Origin: a virus
Lineage: Duplodnaviria; Caudoviricetes
DNA length: 57,143 nucleotides
Strand: one strand, 5' to 3'
Virus record (IMG/VR): IMGVR_UViG_3300003886_000028
Location: 1 to 57,143 of that record
The translations under genes and the position numbers were made by a program. Below the pieces are notes generated by a model, which did not search any database, was not told the DNA's origin, and saw only the letters and a program-made list of their open reading frames with translations. Below, one piece after another: positions 10,001-18,802 of the stretch (within the stretch, counting starts at the first letter, position 1; the number at the start of each line of letters is the position of its first letter).

Positions 10001-13000
10001 CGCCGCGCCAGCCCCACCGGTACCACGAGCTCCAAACGCCAAACCGAGGCGGCCATTCAGCGACAAGGCCTGAGCCGGCACGTCGAGCACGCCGGCGAGG
10101 TCCATCAATGCATCGTAGGCGCTATTCAGGTCCTGCTGGCGGCGCTTGCCCTCTACGTAGTTACCGAACTGGACTCCGCGGAAGCCGAAGGTCTCGGCGA
10201 ACACTGTTGGGGTGACGTCGGCGCCATCCCGATGATCCGAGCCAACCCGCGGCGCATTCTCGGGCCGTCGATCGGCAGGCAGTTCTTTCCAGCGCTTGAA
10301 GTCCGACACCAGTGCATCATGATTTTCATCGAGGTACTTGCGAGCCTCTTTGATGTTGTCGAACTCACGCAGATCGATCCGGTCCTTGCCCAGTTTCTTA
10401 CCGATGACAAATCGCCCCGCCTTCGGTCCGCGGCGATAGCTGTAAATGCTGAATTTGACCTGCTTCGAGGCCTTGGGCTGAGTATCGATGTTGTCGAACT
10501 CGGCCTTGAAATTCCCGATTGCGGCGTCTCGGGTATTACCCTTCGCCAACTCTATCGGCCAATTGCTGAAGGCAGTCGCCTTGGCGGCACGCGATACGGT
10601 CCAGATAACTTTGGGAGGATTGTACTTTTTGCCACCAAACAGGGAATATTTACCCTCTCTGAGCCGGATACCCTTCAACGATTTGCTGTGTCCCACGGCT
10701 TGATAAAGGTCAATGCTGGCATCGAGTTCGGTACGCAGGGTCAGAAACTCGGCGTTGTTTCTCAGCTTGGCAGTAATTGTGTCTTGCGTCAGCGTGCCAT
10801 CCAACACTTGACGCGCCATTTCCCGCAGCACTTTGGTTTGTTCAACCCAGCGCTTTGCCTTCCACGCCTTTCTAGGCTTGTTGGGAACCGTGTCTCGTGC
10901 GGTGCGGATGAATGCTACAGACCACGGATCCGCGCCGGCCTCCAGCATTGTCTCGTAGTTCGGAGCCGGCCAGGATTTCGAGAGCGGGACGACCGCAACA
11001 TCCAGTTCAGCGGCTTTGGTGAGATTGTCCTGATAAGCCGCCCAGACGTGTTTGCGGGCGCCGGTCAGCACTTCCCCGAAGTCTTCGATATCTGCCGACG
11101 GCTTGGGTGTCTTCTTTGGCGCATCCGTGAGGTCCGTTTGCTGGCGGGCCTGGCTGAACAGATCATCCGGCTTGCCGGTCTCGATCGAGTCCTGTCCGGT
11201 ATTTCGGCCCGTATCGCGCTTACGCTTCTCGTCAGCGAGCGCCTGCGCCGCCACAGTGTCATCCCCGAGCAGGTCGGGCTGAGTGGCTGGTGGTGTTGAT
11301 GTGGCGGTCTCAGGGGCGCTCTGCGCCGTGAGGGTTAACTCTTCACTGGGTTCTGCAGGCGTTTCAGCACTCGCTTGGCTGCCCGCTGCAGCTTTCTGAC
11401 TCGCGGCAACGAGGTCACGGACCCCGGCGATGAATCCGGCGTCGTCGTCTTCGAATCGTGTGGCGAGTCTTTCGACCGCATCTTCGTCAATCTCCGTCGC
11501 CGTGGCGACCAGTGCTACGTCATCCGCATTTTGAGGTGTTTCGTCGAGATCCTCAAACGCGAGTTCTTCGGGCGTCGGGAAGGCTTTGGTAAGTGTGTTT
11601 CTCTCCTGGGCGACCTCAACCAGAAAATTGAAATATTCTCGCGGCTTCGTGCCGAGGTACTTACCCGCCAGTCCTTTGTCGATTATACGCTCGGTTTGAG
11701 CCTCATTGTAGTTCCCGGGACGTCCTTTCCACCAATCCGCTTTTGGCACCCATGGCGTGCGGCCAGTGACCTCACCATCCTGATCCATCAACACGCGGCC
11801 GCCAATCTCTGCCCATCCCGATTCGCCCTTCATTATTTCCAGGGAATCGCGCACCTCACTGGATATCTCACCAGCCGGCACCGGGCTTGACAAATCTGCG
11901 GTTGCTTGACTTTCCACGGCTTGCGCACTTTCAGCCAGTCCACCCTCGGCACTCGGAAACTCGGGGACTTCTTTGAGCAGCTGTGCGATCGGCGCGTCGA
12001 GCCGGATCACACGGATATCTTTGCCGGCCTCCACAGCCGCCAGCCATTGGTGGTGCCCGTCGAGAACATTGCCCTCCCTGGAGACCAGTATGGCGCGATC
12101 CCCGCCCTCGAAGGCCATGGCCTTTCGGACCTTCTTTTCGGAGAATTCGGCTTGCGTCGGTTTCAGTGATATCGCGGGCACAGTCTCCTCAACACCTGCG
12201 ATGTCGCGGGCCTTCAGGAAATTGGCCAGAGCACCGCGATGCTCGGCTTTGATTTGCGGCATTTCGGTACGGGGCACATTCAGGGAGCCGCTGGTCTCGG
12301 CAAAACTGACCCATTCATCGTCGATGCGTTCACCGCGCAAAGCATTGGCAGCACCGGATTCAGCAGTTTCAGGTGTTAATGCACCGCCGGGGTCGGCGGC
12401 TGTGTCTGCACCAGGTACACCATCCGCATCGCTTTTGTCAGTCGGGGCGGTAATGGTTCGCAGTTGCTGCTCCACCGGCTCAATGCTCGCGCCTCGTTCC
12501 GGGTCACTAGCCGGTGCTGTCGCGCCAGGTTCAGTGCCTCGTCGAACGTCATTACGAAGTTGTGGTAGCTGATCAAGGCCTGTCTCCTCTGGAGCGATGG
12601 CAGCGACCGGTGTTAGTCCTTCAACATCGAGAGCGGGCTGGGTCAGTATTTCATCCCGTGGTGGCTCAATAGGCCTCGCCGGCGTTTGGGTTGTGTCTGG
12701 CGTTTCTTCACGACCGGGCGCGGTTGGTTCGATGGTAACGGCTTCAATACCTTGGGCTTCATCGGTTTGTGGCGCATCTTTTACCTCGATTGGGGCGATT
12801 CTACCCCGTAGTGTGTCAAACGGTTCCGCAACGGTGCGGCCATCGTCGTATTGCAGTTTCGCCCCGATAACCCCGTCTTGCTCATAGGCGTCGATCACGG
12901 TGGCGGGTTCTCCGGATACCGTGATTTGAGTCCCGATTTCGGGAAATCCTGCCCGCACAAGCATTTCTGTCGCGGCCTGCTGGCCCAACGCGTCTTGCAG

Positions 13001-14320
13001 TACTGCTCTGCCGGAACTGATCAATTCGTTGGGTATCGGGCTGTCCAGGTCTTCCTGTGAGAGCGGGTCCACCTCGGTGCGCGCCCGCTCACGTTCACCG
13101 ATTGGCTGTAGCGCGATGCCATAGGCATCCGCAATGGCCGCTGGCGCGCTTCGGTTATCACGTAGAAAGTCACGTTCCGCGGTTTCTGCCTCAGTCGGCG
13201 CCTCGATGGCCTCGAGGGTCTGAAGCCGCTCATCGGCTAATTGGGCGACCTCTTCGATGGGTTTTGGGGCGCTATCGGTGTCGGGTGTTGTATCCGGCGC
13301 TGTACCGCCTGCGCCGCGCCGCCGACCTGGCAATGCCAGCGTAAACAGTGTTTCCAATATGGCACCAGTGGTGAAGCCCACGGCGCCTTCTTCAACCCTT
13401 TCCGTGGTCCACACTCCGCGCTCCGGGTCGTACAGCTTTTGGGCAACCGCGGCATTCATAATGCCGGCGAACGATTCCTGGACCGCCTCTTCAGTGCCTT
13501 GTCGAACCGCACGTGCCAAGTAGCGTTTGATTACCCCTCCGCCTACCTTATCAAGCCGGTTAAGCAGGTTACCTACCGGAATGGCTTCGGTGGTGCCAAT
13601 GATGGCGCCCAGTTTTGAGGCTTCCAGCGCGGTCGCAATATCAGCACCCGAATCTATGGCTTGTTCAAATTGGTCAACACTATTAAGCGATGACCCCAAT
13701 ACTGCCGGCGCACCATAGGTCGCCAGGGCGGATGTGCCCACTACACCTCGGGTAACTAGCGCGGCGGAAACAAACCCCAGTGCCGAACCCAATCCCTGCG
13801 GCACTTTTGAGGTCCAAAACTCATCCTGCAACGCGGGATCGACGGGAAACTTGTCGGCGATGAACTTATCGATTGCGTTGCCGGCTTTGTATAGCGCTGA
13901 TTTTTGGGCCTTTTCCGCCTGTTCTGTCCACTGCGTGCGAACTTGCTGGCGCTGTTCGGGACTGGCCGAGGTATAGCCCTCATAAAATGACGTCAACGGG
14001 TCGGCCAATTCAATGACGCCAGCTGAGCCGGCGTATTGCGTTTTTGGCCGATAGGGTTCACCCCTATCGATGCGATCAAGGTTCCGCCACACCGACGGCT
14101 CTGGAGTGGTGGCCAATGCCAAAGACTTTGGGATCCCGGATACCACGCTGCTGAACCCACGAACCAGCGAACTCGATGCGGTACGCGCGCGGCCTGGCGG
14201 CACCTCAGCACCGCTAATAGGCGTTAAACCGGTGGTGTCGAGTTCCGTCAGCCCACCCGTATCCAGGCTGTTAAGCCCGGTGGTGTCGAGTGGTTTTAGG
14301 CCGGTAAGGTCTAGTGACAT
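4034..14320 (-). CDS. giant polyvalent internal virion/injected protein (ParB-like, LPD5, LPD1, MPTase-like, MuF-C-like, LPD38)
   Basis: 3428 aa; LKPTQ..LDGHHQW (ParB-like), IEDFGEVLTGARK (LPD5), AHEWLH..REMTARAFE (LPD1), HEVIH, ELTVNFNRKG (LPD38); last of the ejection genes. Confidence 0.85.
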   Translation of the reverse strand: MSLDLTGLKPLDTTGLNSLDTGGLTELDTTGLTPISGAEVPPGRARTASSSLVRGFSSVVSGIPKSLALATTPEPSVWRNLDRIDRGEPYRPKTQYAGSAGVIELADPLTSFYEGYTSASPEQRQQVRTQWTEQAEKAQKSALYKAGNAIDKFIADKFPVDPALQDEFWTSKVPQGLGSALGFVSAALVTRGVVGTSALATYGAPAVLGSSLNSVDQFEQAIDSGADIATALEASKLGAIIGTTEAIPVGNLLNRLDKVGGGVIKRYLARAVRQGTEEAVQESFAGIMNAAVAQKLYDPERGVWTTERVEEGAVGFTTGAILETLFTLALPGRRRGAGGTAPDTTPDTDSAPKPIEEVAQLADERLQTLEAIEAPTEAETAERDFLRDNRSAPAAIADAYGIALQPIGERERARTEVDPLSQEDLDSPIPNELISSGRAVLQDALGQQAATEMLVRAGFPEIGTQITVSGEPATVIDAYEQDGVIGAKLQYDDGRTVAEPFDTLRGRIAPIEVKDAPQTDEAQGIEAVTIEPTAPGREETPDTTQTPARPIEPPRDEILTQPALDVEGLTPVAAIAPEETGLDQLPQLRNDVRRGTEPGATAPASDPERGASIEPVEQQLRTITAPTDKSDADGVPGADTAADPGGALTPETAESGAANALRGERIDDEWVSFAETSGSLNVPRTEMPQIKAEHRGALANFLKARDIAGVEETVPAISLKPTQAEFSEKKVRKAMAFEGGDRAILVSREGNVLDGHHQWLAAVEAGKDIRVIRLDAPIAQLLKEVPEFPSAEGGLAESAQAVESQATADLSSPVPAGEISSEVRDSLEIMKGESGWAEIGGRVLMDQDGEVTGRTPWVPKADWWKGRPGNYNEAQTERIIDKGLAGKYLGTKPREYFNFLVEVAQERNTLTKAFPTPEELAFEDLDETPQNADDVALVATATEIDEDAVERLATRFEDDDAGFIAGVRDLVAASQKAAAGSQASAETPAEPSEELTLTAQSAPETATSTPPATQPDLLGDDTVAAQALADEKRKRDTGRNTGQDSIETGKPDDLFSQARQQTDLTDAPKKTPKPSADIEDFGEVLTGARKHVWAAYQDNLTKAAELDVAVVPLSKSWPAPNYETMLEAGADPWSVAFIRTARDTVPNKPRKAWKAKRWVEQTKVLREMARQVLDGTLTQDTITAKLRNNAEFLTLRTELDASIDLYQAVGHSKSLKGIRLREGKYSLFGGKKYNPPKVIWTVSRAAKATAFSNWPIELAKGNTRDAAIGNFKAEFDNIDTQPKASKQVKFSIYSYRRGPKAGRFVIGKKLGKDRIDLREFDNIKEARKYLDENHDALVSDFKRWKELPADRRPENAPRVGSDHRDGADVTPTVFAETFGFRGVQFGNYVEGKRRQQDLNSAYDALMDLAGVLDVPAQALSLNGRLGLAFGARGTGGAGAAAAHFEADTVVINLTKRSGSGSLAHEWLHSMDNYFSRNRGQNDGFLSEDAVQRGEGVRPEVVEAFDGVVQAISQTSLKQRSESIDKRRTNAYWSTGREMTARAFESYIIAKLQDQGASNDYLANIVSEQYWKAEAALSMGFQNTGEAAGYPYPTPAEIPVIRAAFDHLFETIESRETATGVEMFSLRDDAPWYFSSLARAAEGLKQAKGQPDQMLAMLKKQPGVKAEEIQWTGIEEWLATQEGAVTKAEIVEYLAGNGVRVEDVTLQSSNAGLVEIFAREGYTLDNSDAEVALYLDPEGNEIEFDDLPKSLKQAIGRQMSDDFTTTKYQDHVLPGGENYREVLLTLPRREDIDPNSPGSPLASRDAGVFIDGHFDTANVLAHVRLNDRSGPNGEKVLFIEELQSDWHQTGRRKGYRSDKPLTPDDAKRFFGITDVDWAAMGPAQQLSYLEEMNSDARHVRIGKNEMVPDAPFKGNAWVELAIKRVIRMAAEGGYDQVAWTTGEQQADRYDLSKRLEYIDFEPNGSNYAVIARDRGGNIVFDRKAVKPEELEDIVGKDVAEKIINGEGAPSPRADEKTWRRLSGLDLRVGGEGMKGFYDRTLRNLFSKVTKKLDRAVKVESIGIGEGAIYEVVKDGNNWWVESLNTPRQGPFESHVEATQYIERRVDAGRESIDVHSIQITPAMREQALLGLPLFTLQPGVAGKADAIESDLKARLDKVGITDRVAVKLVDEIRNSAGSAMSGAQGRYLGRLIEVAADAPNKAWVMDHEVIHALRDIGVIRTAEWTALARAAEDRMDSVRQRYSGRNLTEQQLVEEAIADLHADWSTSQKQARGFLKTAFQRISEFLEALGNALRGAGFQSAGDIFRRIDRGEVGRRDGVAANEKRQRLTLLADTRRIYESRIDELFAGEKPDPTGVRILDRSDVLAMHGIDDGPVFLVESKVSASRFNHRLTAEDWKKVPNWLENPTLVFESETQPGRLVFIAPDPVGESLVRIIAAPRPNGGTTLIVSVYEDGRKSPLKRWVEDGLLRYIDQRKTLDLSGRSGLRLPGLQEVKGYRDKVLTRKDLVKYREDNSPEGRLALQPGDFNPNRPRKSVETAPEPTPDRQSNLFLSEAIFRFQDKFNYLYKAQKTAAKERGLEELAEPEDAYLSELRYHGMAGAAIEDFQRDHVDPLVEKISESGLDIEDVESYLHARHAPEANAQLKRINPIDPQKDLNIGEDGDKSRGLKDNDGLSGMTNEAASTIIADFEASGDLQKLEEIAALTDAITASQRKLLVESGLETAKTVAKWESTYEFYVPLQREGFGDTPPQRGKGFSVTGRQKRRAGSKREVVSILSHLTAQHEATLIRAEKNKVAQAMLRFAQNNPNEELYAVDKVEFKATFDAEGLVVYKPHRGFQFADNVLVVKVAGKDHTVTFNQRSHEAMRIAHAMKSLGANNSGPIINVLTRVMRYLAAINTGYNPEFIISNFLRDIQTAGYNLSSTEVDSLKWTIIKDVGKAWRGIRAFQSQKDHPWAKEFDEFRKAGAQTGWLGLYGDISQKEDRLRNRVEELRGDVPLLKVKRSVRALFEFIENENTAVENAVRLSAFVHARRAGISVGKSARLAKELTVNFNRKGDYGQIMNALWLFYNASIQGSARIIVGAAKSPKVRVLIGATIVFATFLDIMNRAMGGDDEDGKNRYDKIPDHVKERNLIFMLPGGKGDYVKIPLPWGYNVFHVMGQVTGEAATKKNFKASAGALRVAASVAGSFNPIGGDASLGQIISPTITDPIVQWGENKDWAGRPLRPEGNPFDVDAPESQQYWNSVREPSRWVAEKLNELTGGNEFRSGTVDINPEMIDLIIDNVTGGAGRFIADTVSTPIKALKGDEIETYEIPLLRKLYGQPGLGTLYQEYYRNADAVRITEKEAKHYIETKNIDAELELKEARWGEYSLIGERRKSDSYLMKQRKERNRIDESDLSDAEKKRQISNIGDEIKDTMNQFNRLYNERVNDQ

Positions 14321-14329
14321 TGCGTGGCC

Positions 14330-15193
14330 TTATTTTACGTAGAGTTTTCCGTCGACCTCAATGATCGTTCCGGGCCGGGCAGAATCCTTAAACCAATTGA
14401 TGTCGGCCTGTGATGATGCCTGGTAAGGATCGGCCTCGGTACCGCTGCCTGTTGGTGCTCCCGCTTGCTCGGGGGGGGCACTTGTACGATCTTGCGGTGC
14501 GCCGGTTTGGGCTGAACCGGTTGATGCCGGAGCGGTGCCACCTTTCATTTCGTTGTAAATCTCAAGCGTCTTTTTCTGAATTGCCTCGGCACGGTTACCG
14601 CCATAACCCTCAAAATCTGTTTTGTCGCGGCTGAAGTACCCGGCCTGATCTGAGGCCCATTTTTCGGCGAGTCTCGCCGACTCGCGGTACTCGGAGCTTT
14701 CAACGTCGGTTTTAGAATTACCACCAGTTTGTGGCAAAACACGCTGTGCGAGATCCGGACGGCCCGCGGCGATCAACGATGCCGCAACCCCCTCCCAATC
14801 AGTAGTTTCGCCTTCAAACGATCCTTTGCCGCTGGTGTTGGGTTTAATCGCGATATCGATTTCACGTTTGTCGTCAACCGAGAGTCCGGTGTTGTTCTGG
14901 TCCTTCTTCCGCCCGCTCTTGATGTCGAGGTTTTTGGTCTCGCCACCCTGAGTTATCCCGATCAGATTACCGGCCTCATCGGGAACGACACTGCTCAACA
15001 ATCCCTTCCTGTTATTGAACTGCGTGGCATCCCTGGCTGTGGCGCGATCGTCGCGGGATTTTTCCCGGGACGACTGATTCTCCTCCCGGAGCCGCAACAT
15101 AGCTTCTTCACGCTTTGCTCGGGCGCTTTCGAGCATGCCTTCACCAAGACCGGCGAGCAGACCCCCAGCGATACGTTTCGCGGTACGACCCAT
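14330..15193 (-). CDS. putative internal virion/ejection protein
   Basis: GGLLAGLGEG N-terminus, helical charged composition, position in the ejection cassette. Confidence 0.6.
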   Translation of the reverse strand: MGRTAKRIAGGLLAGLGEGMLESARAKREEAMLRLREENQSSREKSRDDRATARDATQFNNRKGLLSSVVPDEAGNLIGITQGGETKNLDIKSGRKKDQNNTGLSVDDKREIDIAIKPNTSGKGSFEGETTDWEGVAASLIAAGRPDLAQRVLPQTGGNSKTDVESSEYRESARLAEKWASDQAGYFSRDKTDFEGYGGNRAEAIQKKTLEIYNEMKGGTAPASTGSAQTGAPQDRTSAPPEQAGAPTGSGTEADPYQASSQADINWFKDSARPGTIIEVDGKLYVK

Positions 15194-15808
15194 TTAACCT
15201 CCCCGCTGAGGCTGTGGGTTGGCCTCATCTGGCTTTGGCGCATTCTTTGCGTACTCGGTGATACCGGGAAAGACCTCTTCGATTTGGCCGGATTGTTCGG
15301 CTTTCGCGAGTTCCTGCAGGTCTGCCTGAAACGCCTCCTGTGGCAGCTTTCCCTGTTCTTGGCGAGTCTCTCGGTATTGGTCCATCGCGAGATACAGCGC
15401 GCTTTCCATGTCTTTTTCGCTGTATTCAATGCCGGCCTGGCCCGCCAGTTCTGCCATTTGCTCCAGCAACTCCGAGCCGCCATGCATCATGACGTCACCA
15501 CTGAGTTCTTGCCCGCCTTGTGCCGCCGAATCTTCGAGCCGGGTCACAATCATAACCAGAGAGTTTGCCAAGCCCTGCACGGGGTTGCCATCGCCTCTGA
15601 GCGATTCAATCAGCTGGGGCATCGCGGCCTCGTCATACATGATTTTCATGCCGTTGGTCACGAACGCGTCGTAGGCTTCCTGCTCCTCTGGACCCACATT
15701 GGCCGACTCTTCCTGATCAGCAGGCCCCGTGGCTTGAGTGGCATTAGGCACAGGCGCACCAGCATTGGGCGCCTGTGCTGAGGTTTGTTGATTTAATAAT
15801 CCGGGCAT
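15194..15808 (-). CDS. hypothetical virion-associated protein (acidic, helical)
   Basis: GGAGAG RBS; tightly packed in the operon. Confidence 0.65.
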   Translation of the reverse strand: MPGLLNQQTSAQAPNAGAPVPNATQATGPADQEESANVGPEEQEAYDAFVTNGMKIMYDEAAMPQLIESLRGDGNPVQGLANSLVMIVTRLEDSAAQGGQELSGDVMMHGGSELLEQMAELAGQAGIEYSEKDMESALYLAMDQYRETRQEQGKLPQEAFQADLQELAKAEQSGQIEEVFPGITEYAKNAPKPDEANPQPQRGG

Positions 15809-15819
15809 GTCGCTCTCCG

Positions 15820-16692
15820 TTATCCGCCTACCGATACTCGCACAATCCGCCCAACAGTCGGGTCAAATTGATATTCGAATGATCCGTAGCTCTTTGGATT
15901 AAATCGATCGGTCGGTGCCTGGCCACCCACGCTCGGCGCGGCGGTTTGATAGTTCTGCCCCGGATCGGTGCCTTCGTAATTAGCGCCGCGTAGACGCTGT
16001 TGCTCCCGGAGGTAGGCCAGTTCATCATCGCCCGCTGCGCCCGATAACAGGCCTTGACCGACACCTTTAATCAGGCCGCCAGCCAGTTCCGGATTGCGCT
16101 CAATCCAGCCACCCTTGCCGATGACCTTGGACAGCAGTCCACCGCCGCGGGGTGCCGGCGCTGTCGCAACATTTGCGGCCGGGGTGATTGCGGTGCCCGT
16201 CGCATCAATGGCGGTCATCTGTGGTGGTGCTGCACCGTCCGGTAGCGGGAATGTCGTGGCACCACCCTCAATGGGTTGGCCTGTGGCCGCGTCAATGGTG
16301 ACACCGCCACCTTGACCCGCCTGGGCCGCTGGGTTTCTCAGCGCGTTATAGCCGCTGAGCAGTCCACCAGTGATCGCCCCGGTTACCGCGCCGGCACGTG
16401 CACCCTTTGAAAATGAGCCTCCGCCGATCGATGATGCGATACCGCCGATCGCCGCAGCAGTGCCGGCCTGAGTAATCGCTCCGGTAATTGCGGACCCGAG
16501 AACTCCGGATCCCAGACTCGATGTTAGCGAACTCGCGGCCGCGGCCCATCCACCTTTGGCAAAGCTAAGCCCCAGTGCAGCGCCACCTGTAAACACCAGC
16601 GCCCCAACAGCCAATGCGATTGGCGCTATCTTTTTGATGGCCTTCACAACCTTTTTGAAGATTTTTTTTATACCCTTGAAAACGCTGGACAT
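15820..16692 (-). CDS. Gly/Ala-rich ejection (DNA-transfer) protein
   Basis: amphipathic FKGIKKIFKKVVKAIKK followed by Gly-rich hydrophobic helices. Confidence 0.65.
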   Translation of the reverse strand: MSSVFKGIKKIFKKVVKAIKKIAPIALAVGALVFTGGAALGLSFAKGGWAAAASSLTSSLGSGVLGSAITGAITQAGTAAAIGGIASSIGGGSFSKGARAGAVTGAITGGLLSGYNALRNPAAQAGQGGGVTIDAATGQPIEGGATTFPLPDGAAPPQMTAIDATGTAITPAANVATAPAPRGGGLLSKVIGKGGWIERNPELAGGLIKGVGQGLLSGAAGDDELAYLREQQRLRGANYEGTDPGQNYQTAAPSVGGQAPTDRFNPKSYGSFEYQFDPTVGRIVRVSVGG

Positions 16693-17198
16693 TACGAGCC
16701 CTCCGCCTGTTGTCTTGGTTCAGTGAAGTCAATTCGATACAGCCCGCCGCACTGCTCTAGGCCCGCGCCTGTATACAGTCCGGCAACACGGGTCCAATCC
16801 GTCGCATCATCGGTCGCACCGAGCAATATCTTGATGACCTTGGGATTATCTTCTGCCCAGCGGATCAATGCCAACACAATGTCTCTGGCATCTCTGGGAT
16901 CGATTTGTTCGGTGACAATGAAGAGCAGGTCCGTGACCTTGAGTTCCTTCAGACACGGATAGACCAGGTCGATAATGCCGATAACAAAGCCTGTGACCTC
17001 GTTGTCGCGCTCCGCAACCAGTACCAATGACCCCATGTAGTTCAATTGGCCATGGCGTTGGATAGATTGAGCCAGCAGTTGTTTCGCCGCAATCTCGTCA
17101 AATGTGGTGAGTGCGGCGTCTCGGCTGGTCGCATGGGCCTCGACCATGATGTCAACGAGTCGCGGGATATCCACGAAATTGGCGGGACGCACGCTCAT
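16692..17198 (-). CDS. GNAT-family acetyltransferase-like protein
   Basis: VRPA..D, VLVAERDNEVTGF, LIRWA, LY..AGL pattern; usual position in podovirus tail/ejection region. Confidence 0.75.
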   Translation of the reverse strand: MSVRPANFVDIPRLVDIMVEAHATSRDAALTTFDEIAAKQLLAQSIQRHGQLNYMGSLVLVAERDNEVTGFVIGIIDLVYPCLKELKVTDLLFIVTEQIDPRDARDIVLALIRWAEDNPKVIKILLGATDDATDWTRVAGLYTGAGLEQCGGLYRIDFTEPRQQAEGS

Positions 17199-18136
17199 CT
17201 AGTTAATCTGCCCGGGAAGCCACCCGGGAAATATCCCGGCCCCGGGTTAATACCTGGTGGTGTTGGAGTGCCCGCGGGCTGTCCCCAACTCAGTTCAATC
17301 CCATAGAATTGTTCGAGCAATCTCAGGTTTGAATCCCGGATGTTGCTGGCGTGATTCAAATATCGTTGCCTCTCGTTCGCGGGGATATCGGCGTTGCTCA
17401 TGATGGCCGCCACCATATTGCTGTAGGAGGCCTCGTAGGCTTGCGCGAGCTGTCCTGCCGCCGCACGCTCTTGAGCAGACAGGTTCAGTGTGGAAAGTCG
17501 ATCCTGAAGGGCAAGGTCTGCACCCTGCATGCGCTCGCGGCTCTCAAGTTCCGTATCAAGGCGGCCCTGGGCGGCCTGAAGCTGCTGCAACGCCTGCTGT
17601 TCTTGCGAGGTCAGCTGCATTCCAAGGCGCTCTCTGGCGGCGGCCTGTTCTGCGTCCTGCAGTTGAGAGCGACTGCCTAATTCACGCTCCAGAAATTCAC
17701 GGTTAGCCTCGATGGTTTGGGTTTGCAGGCGCTCACGGCTGCCAATGTCGAGACCCTGCATGCGCTCGCGGCTATTAATTTCATTTCCGGACAGGCGCTC
17801 ACGGCTATCGAGTTCTGTACCCAGAAACTCGCGCTGCGCCCCGATTTGCCGAATCTCGCTCTTGTCCTGGAACTTGAAAGCCCTGTCCTGGATGTTGCTC
17901 TGCTGATTTTGCGCAGCGGTTTGACTAGCAATTGGTAAGGCGGCTGATATTCGGGAATCCTCAATGGCACTAACCCCCATTGTAGAATTCAGTAGGCCTC
18001 GTCGATTTGCCACTTTCTTGCCGCGGGTATCGGCTTGCTGCATGTACGGATTGTTTTTATTAAGGACGCGAGCCATTTCAGCCCCAACGTCGGTGTTTTT
18101 GCGTTGATACCCGCCTGTTACCGAATTGTCCAACAT
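17195..18136 (-). CDS. ejection/pilot-like coiled-coil protein
   Basis: NRRGLLNSTM motif, Gln-rich, repeated SRER(L/M) units. Confidence 0.65.
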   Translation of the reverse strand: MLDNSVTGGYQRKNTDVGAEMARVLNKNNPYMQQADTRGKKVANRRGLLNSTMGVSAIEDSRISAALPIASQTAAQNQQSNIQDRAFKFQDKSEIRQIGAQREFLGTELDSRERLSGNEINSRERMQGLDIGSRERLQTQTIEANREFLERELGSRSQLQDAEQAAARERLGMQLTSQEQQALQQLQAAQGRLDTELESRERMQGADLALQDRLSTLNLSAQERAAAGQLAQAYEASYSNMVAAIMSNADIPANERQRYLNHASNIRDSNLRLLEQFYGIELSWGQPAGTPTPPGINPGPGYFPGGFPGRLTR

Positions 18137-18139
18137 GGC

Positions 18140-18478
18140 TCACCCATCCTTATTGTCCAAATTTCTGTTGATCAGCGTATCGAGCTTCGTGTTGAATTGC
18201 CTACTCGAGTCTGAGATACGATTGTGCACCACTCTCAACCCTTCCTTGATTTCAGTCATATCGTCTCGTAGATTGTCGTAATGGACCTTTACGACCTGCA
18301 GGCGCGCCTCATGATCCGATATTACGGCATTATTGTCTGCCACCTTGGTACTCAATTCTGCATTCTTTCTCAGCACAACACCTGCAAACGCCGTAGAAAC
18401 AGCCAGTAGCGCCCCGGCTACCCATTCCAGAATTGTAGAACCCGCGGGTGGCGGTATCTGATGTGGCTCAATAGGCAT
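18140..18478 (-). CDS. single-TM coiled-coil protein (holin-like?)
   Basis: N-terminal TM followed by heptad pattern. Confidence 0.55.
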   Translation of the reverse strand: MPIEPHQIPPPAGSTILEWVAGALLAVSTAFAGVVLRKNAELSTKVADNNAVISDHEARLQVVKVHYDNLRDDMTEIKEGLRVVHNRISDSSRQFNTKLDTLINRNLDNKDG

Positions 18479-18481
18479 TGA

Positions 18482-18802
18482 TCAATTATTCCCGCTCAAT
18501 ATAGAGTTTCGACGGTTGTGGTGGAGGCGAATCTCATCGCGCAGTGAAGTAATTTCCTGAACTTCGCCGGCGCTGAGAGGGCGTTGCTGTTGCGCTGCCC
18601 TATCCGTGATTCGTGCAATTTTGAGTTTAAGTACATCGATTTTGTGAGTGATCGACTCCAACTCATTCCAGCTTTGCATTTCAGCATGCTCGCTGGTAGC
18701 GATAGTACGAGGCTGATAAAAATGCGCCGCATCCGAGTAATACCCGGCCAATGCCAATAATCCCACCACTGTTGCAATCATCAGGTTCACCTTTTTGGTC
18801 AT
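18482..18802 (-). CDS. single-TM/signal-anchored coiled-coil protein
   Basis: MTKKVNLMIATVVGLLALAG then helical domain. Confidence 0.55.
   Translation of the reverse strand: MTKKVNLMIATVVGLLALAGYYSDAAHFYQPRTIATSEHAEMQSWNELESITHKIDVLKLKIARITDRAAQQQRPLSAGEVQEITSLRDEIRLHHNRRNSILSGNN

Noticed and set aside
9929-11299. 456-aa plus-strand ORF and similar long antisense ORFs (14729..15781, 19621..20607, 25138..26190)
   Set aside because: Antisense shadows of well-supported GC-rich genes, with no motifs.
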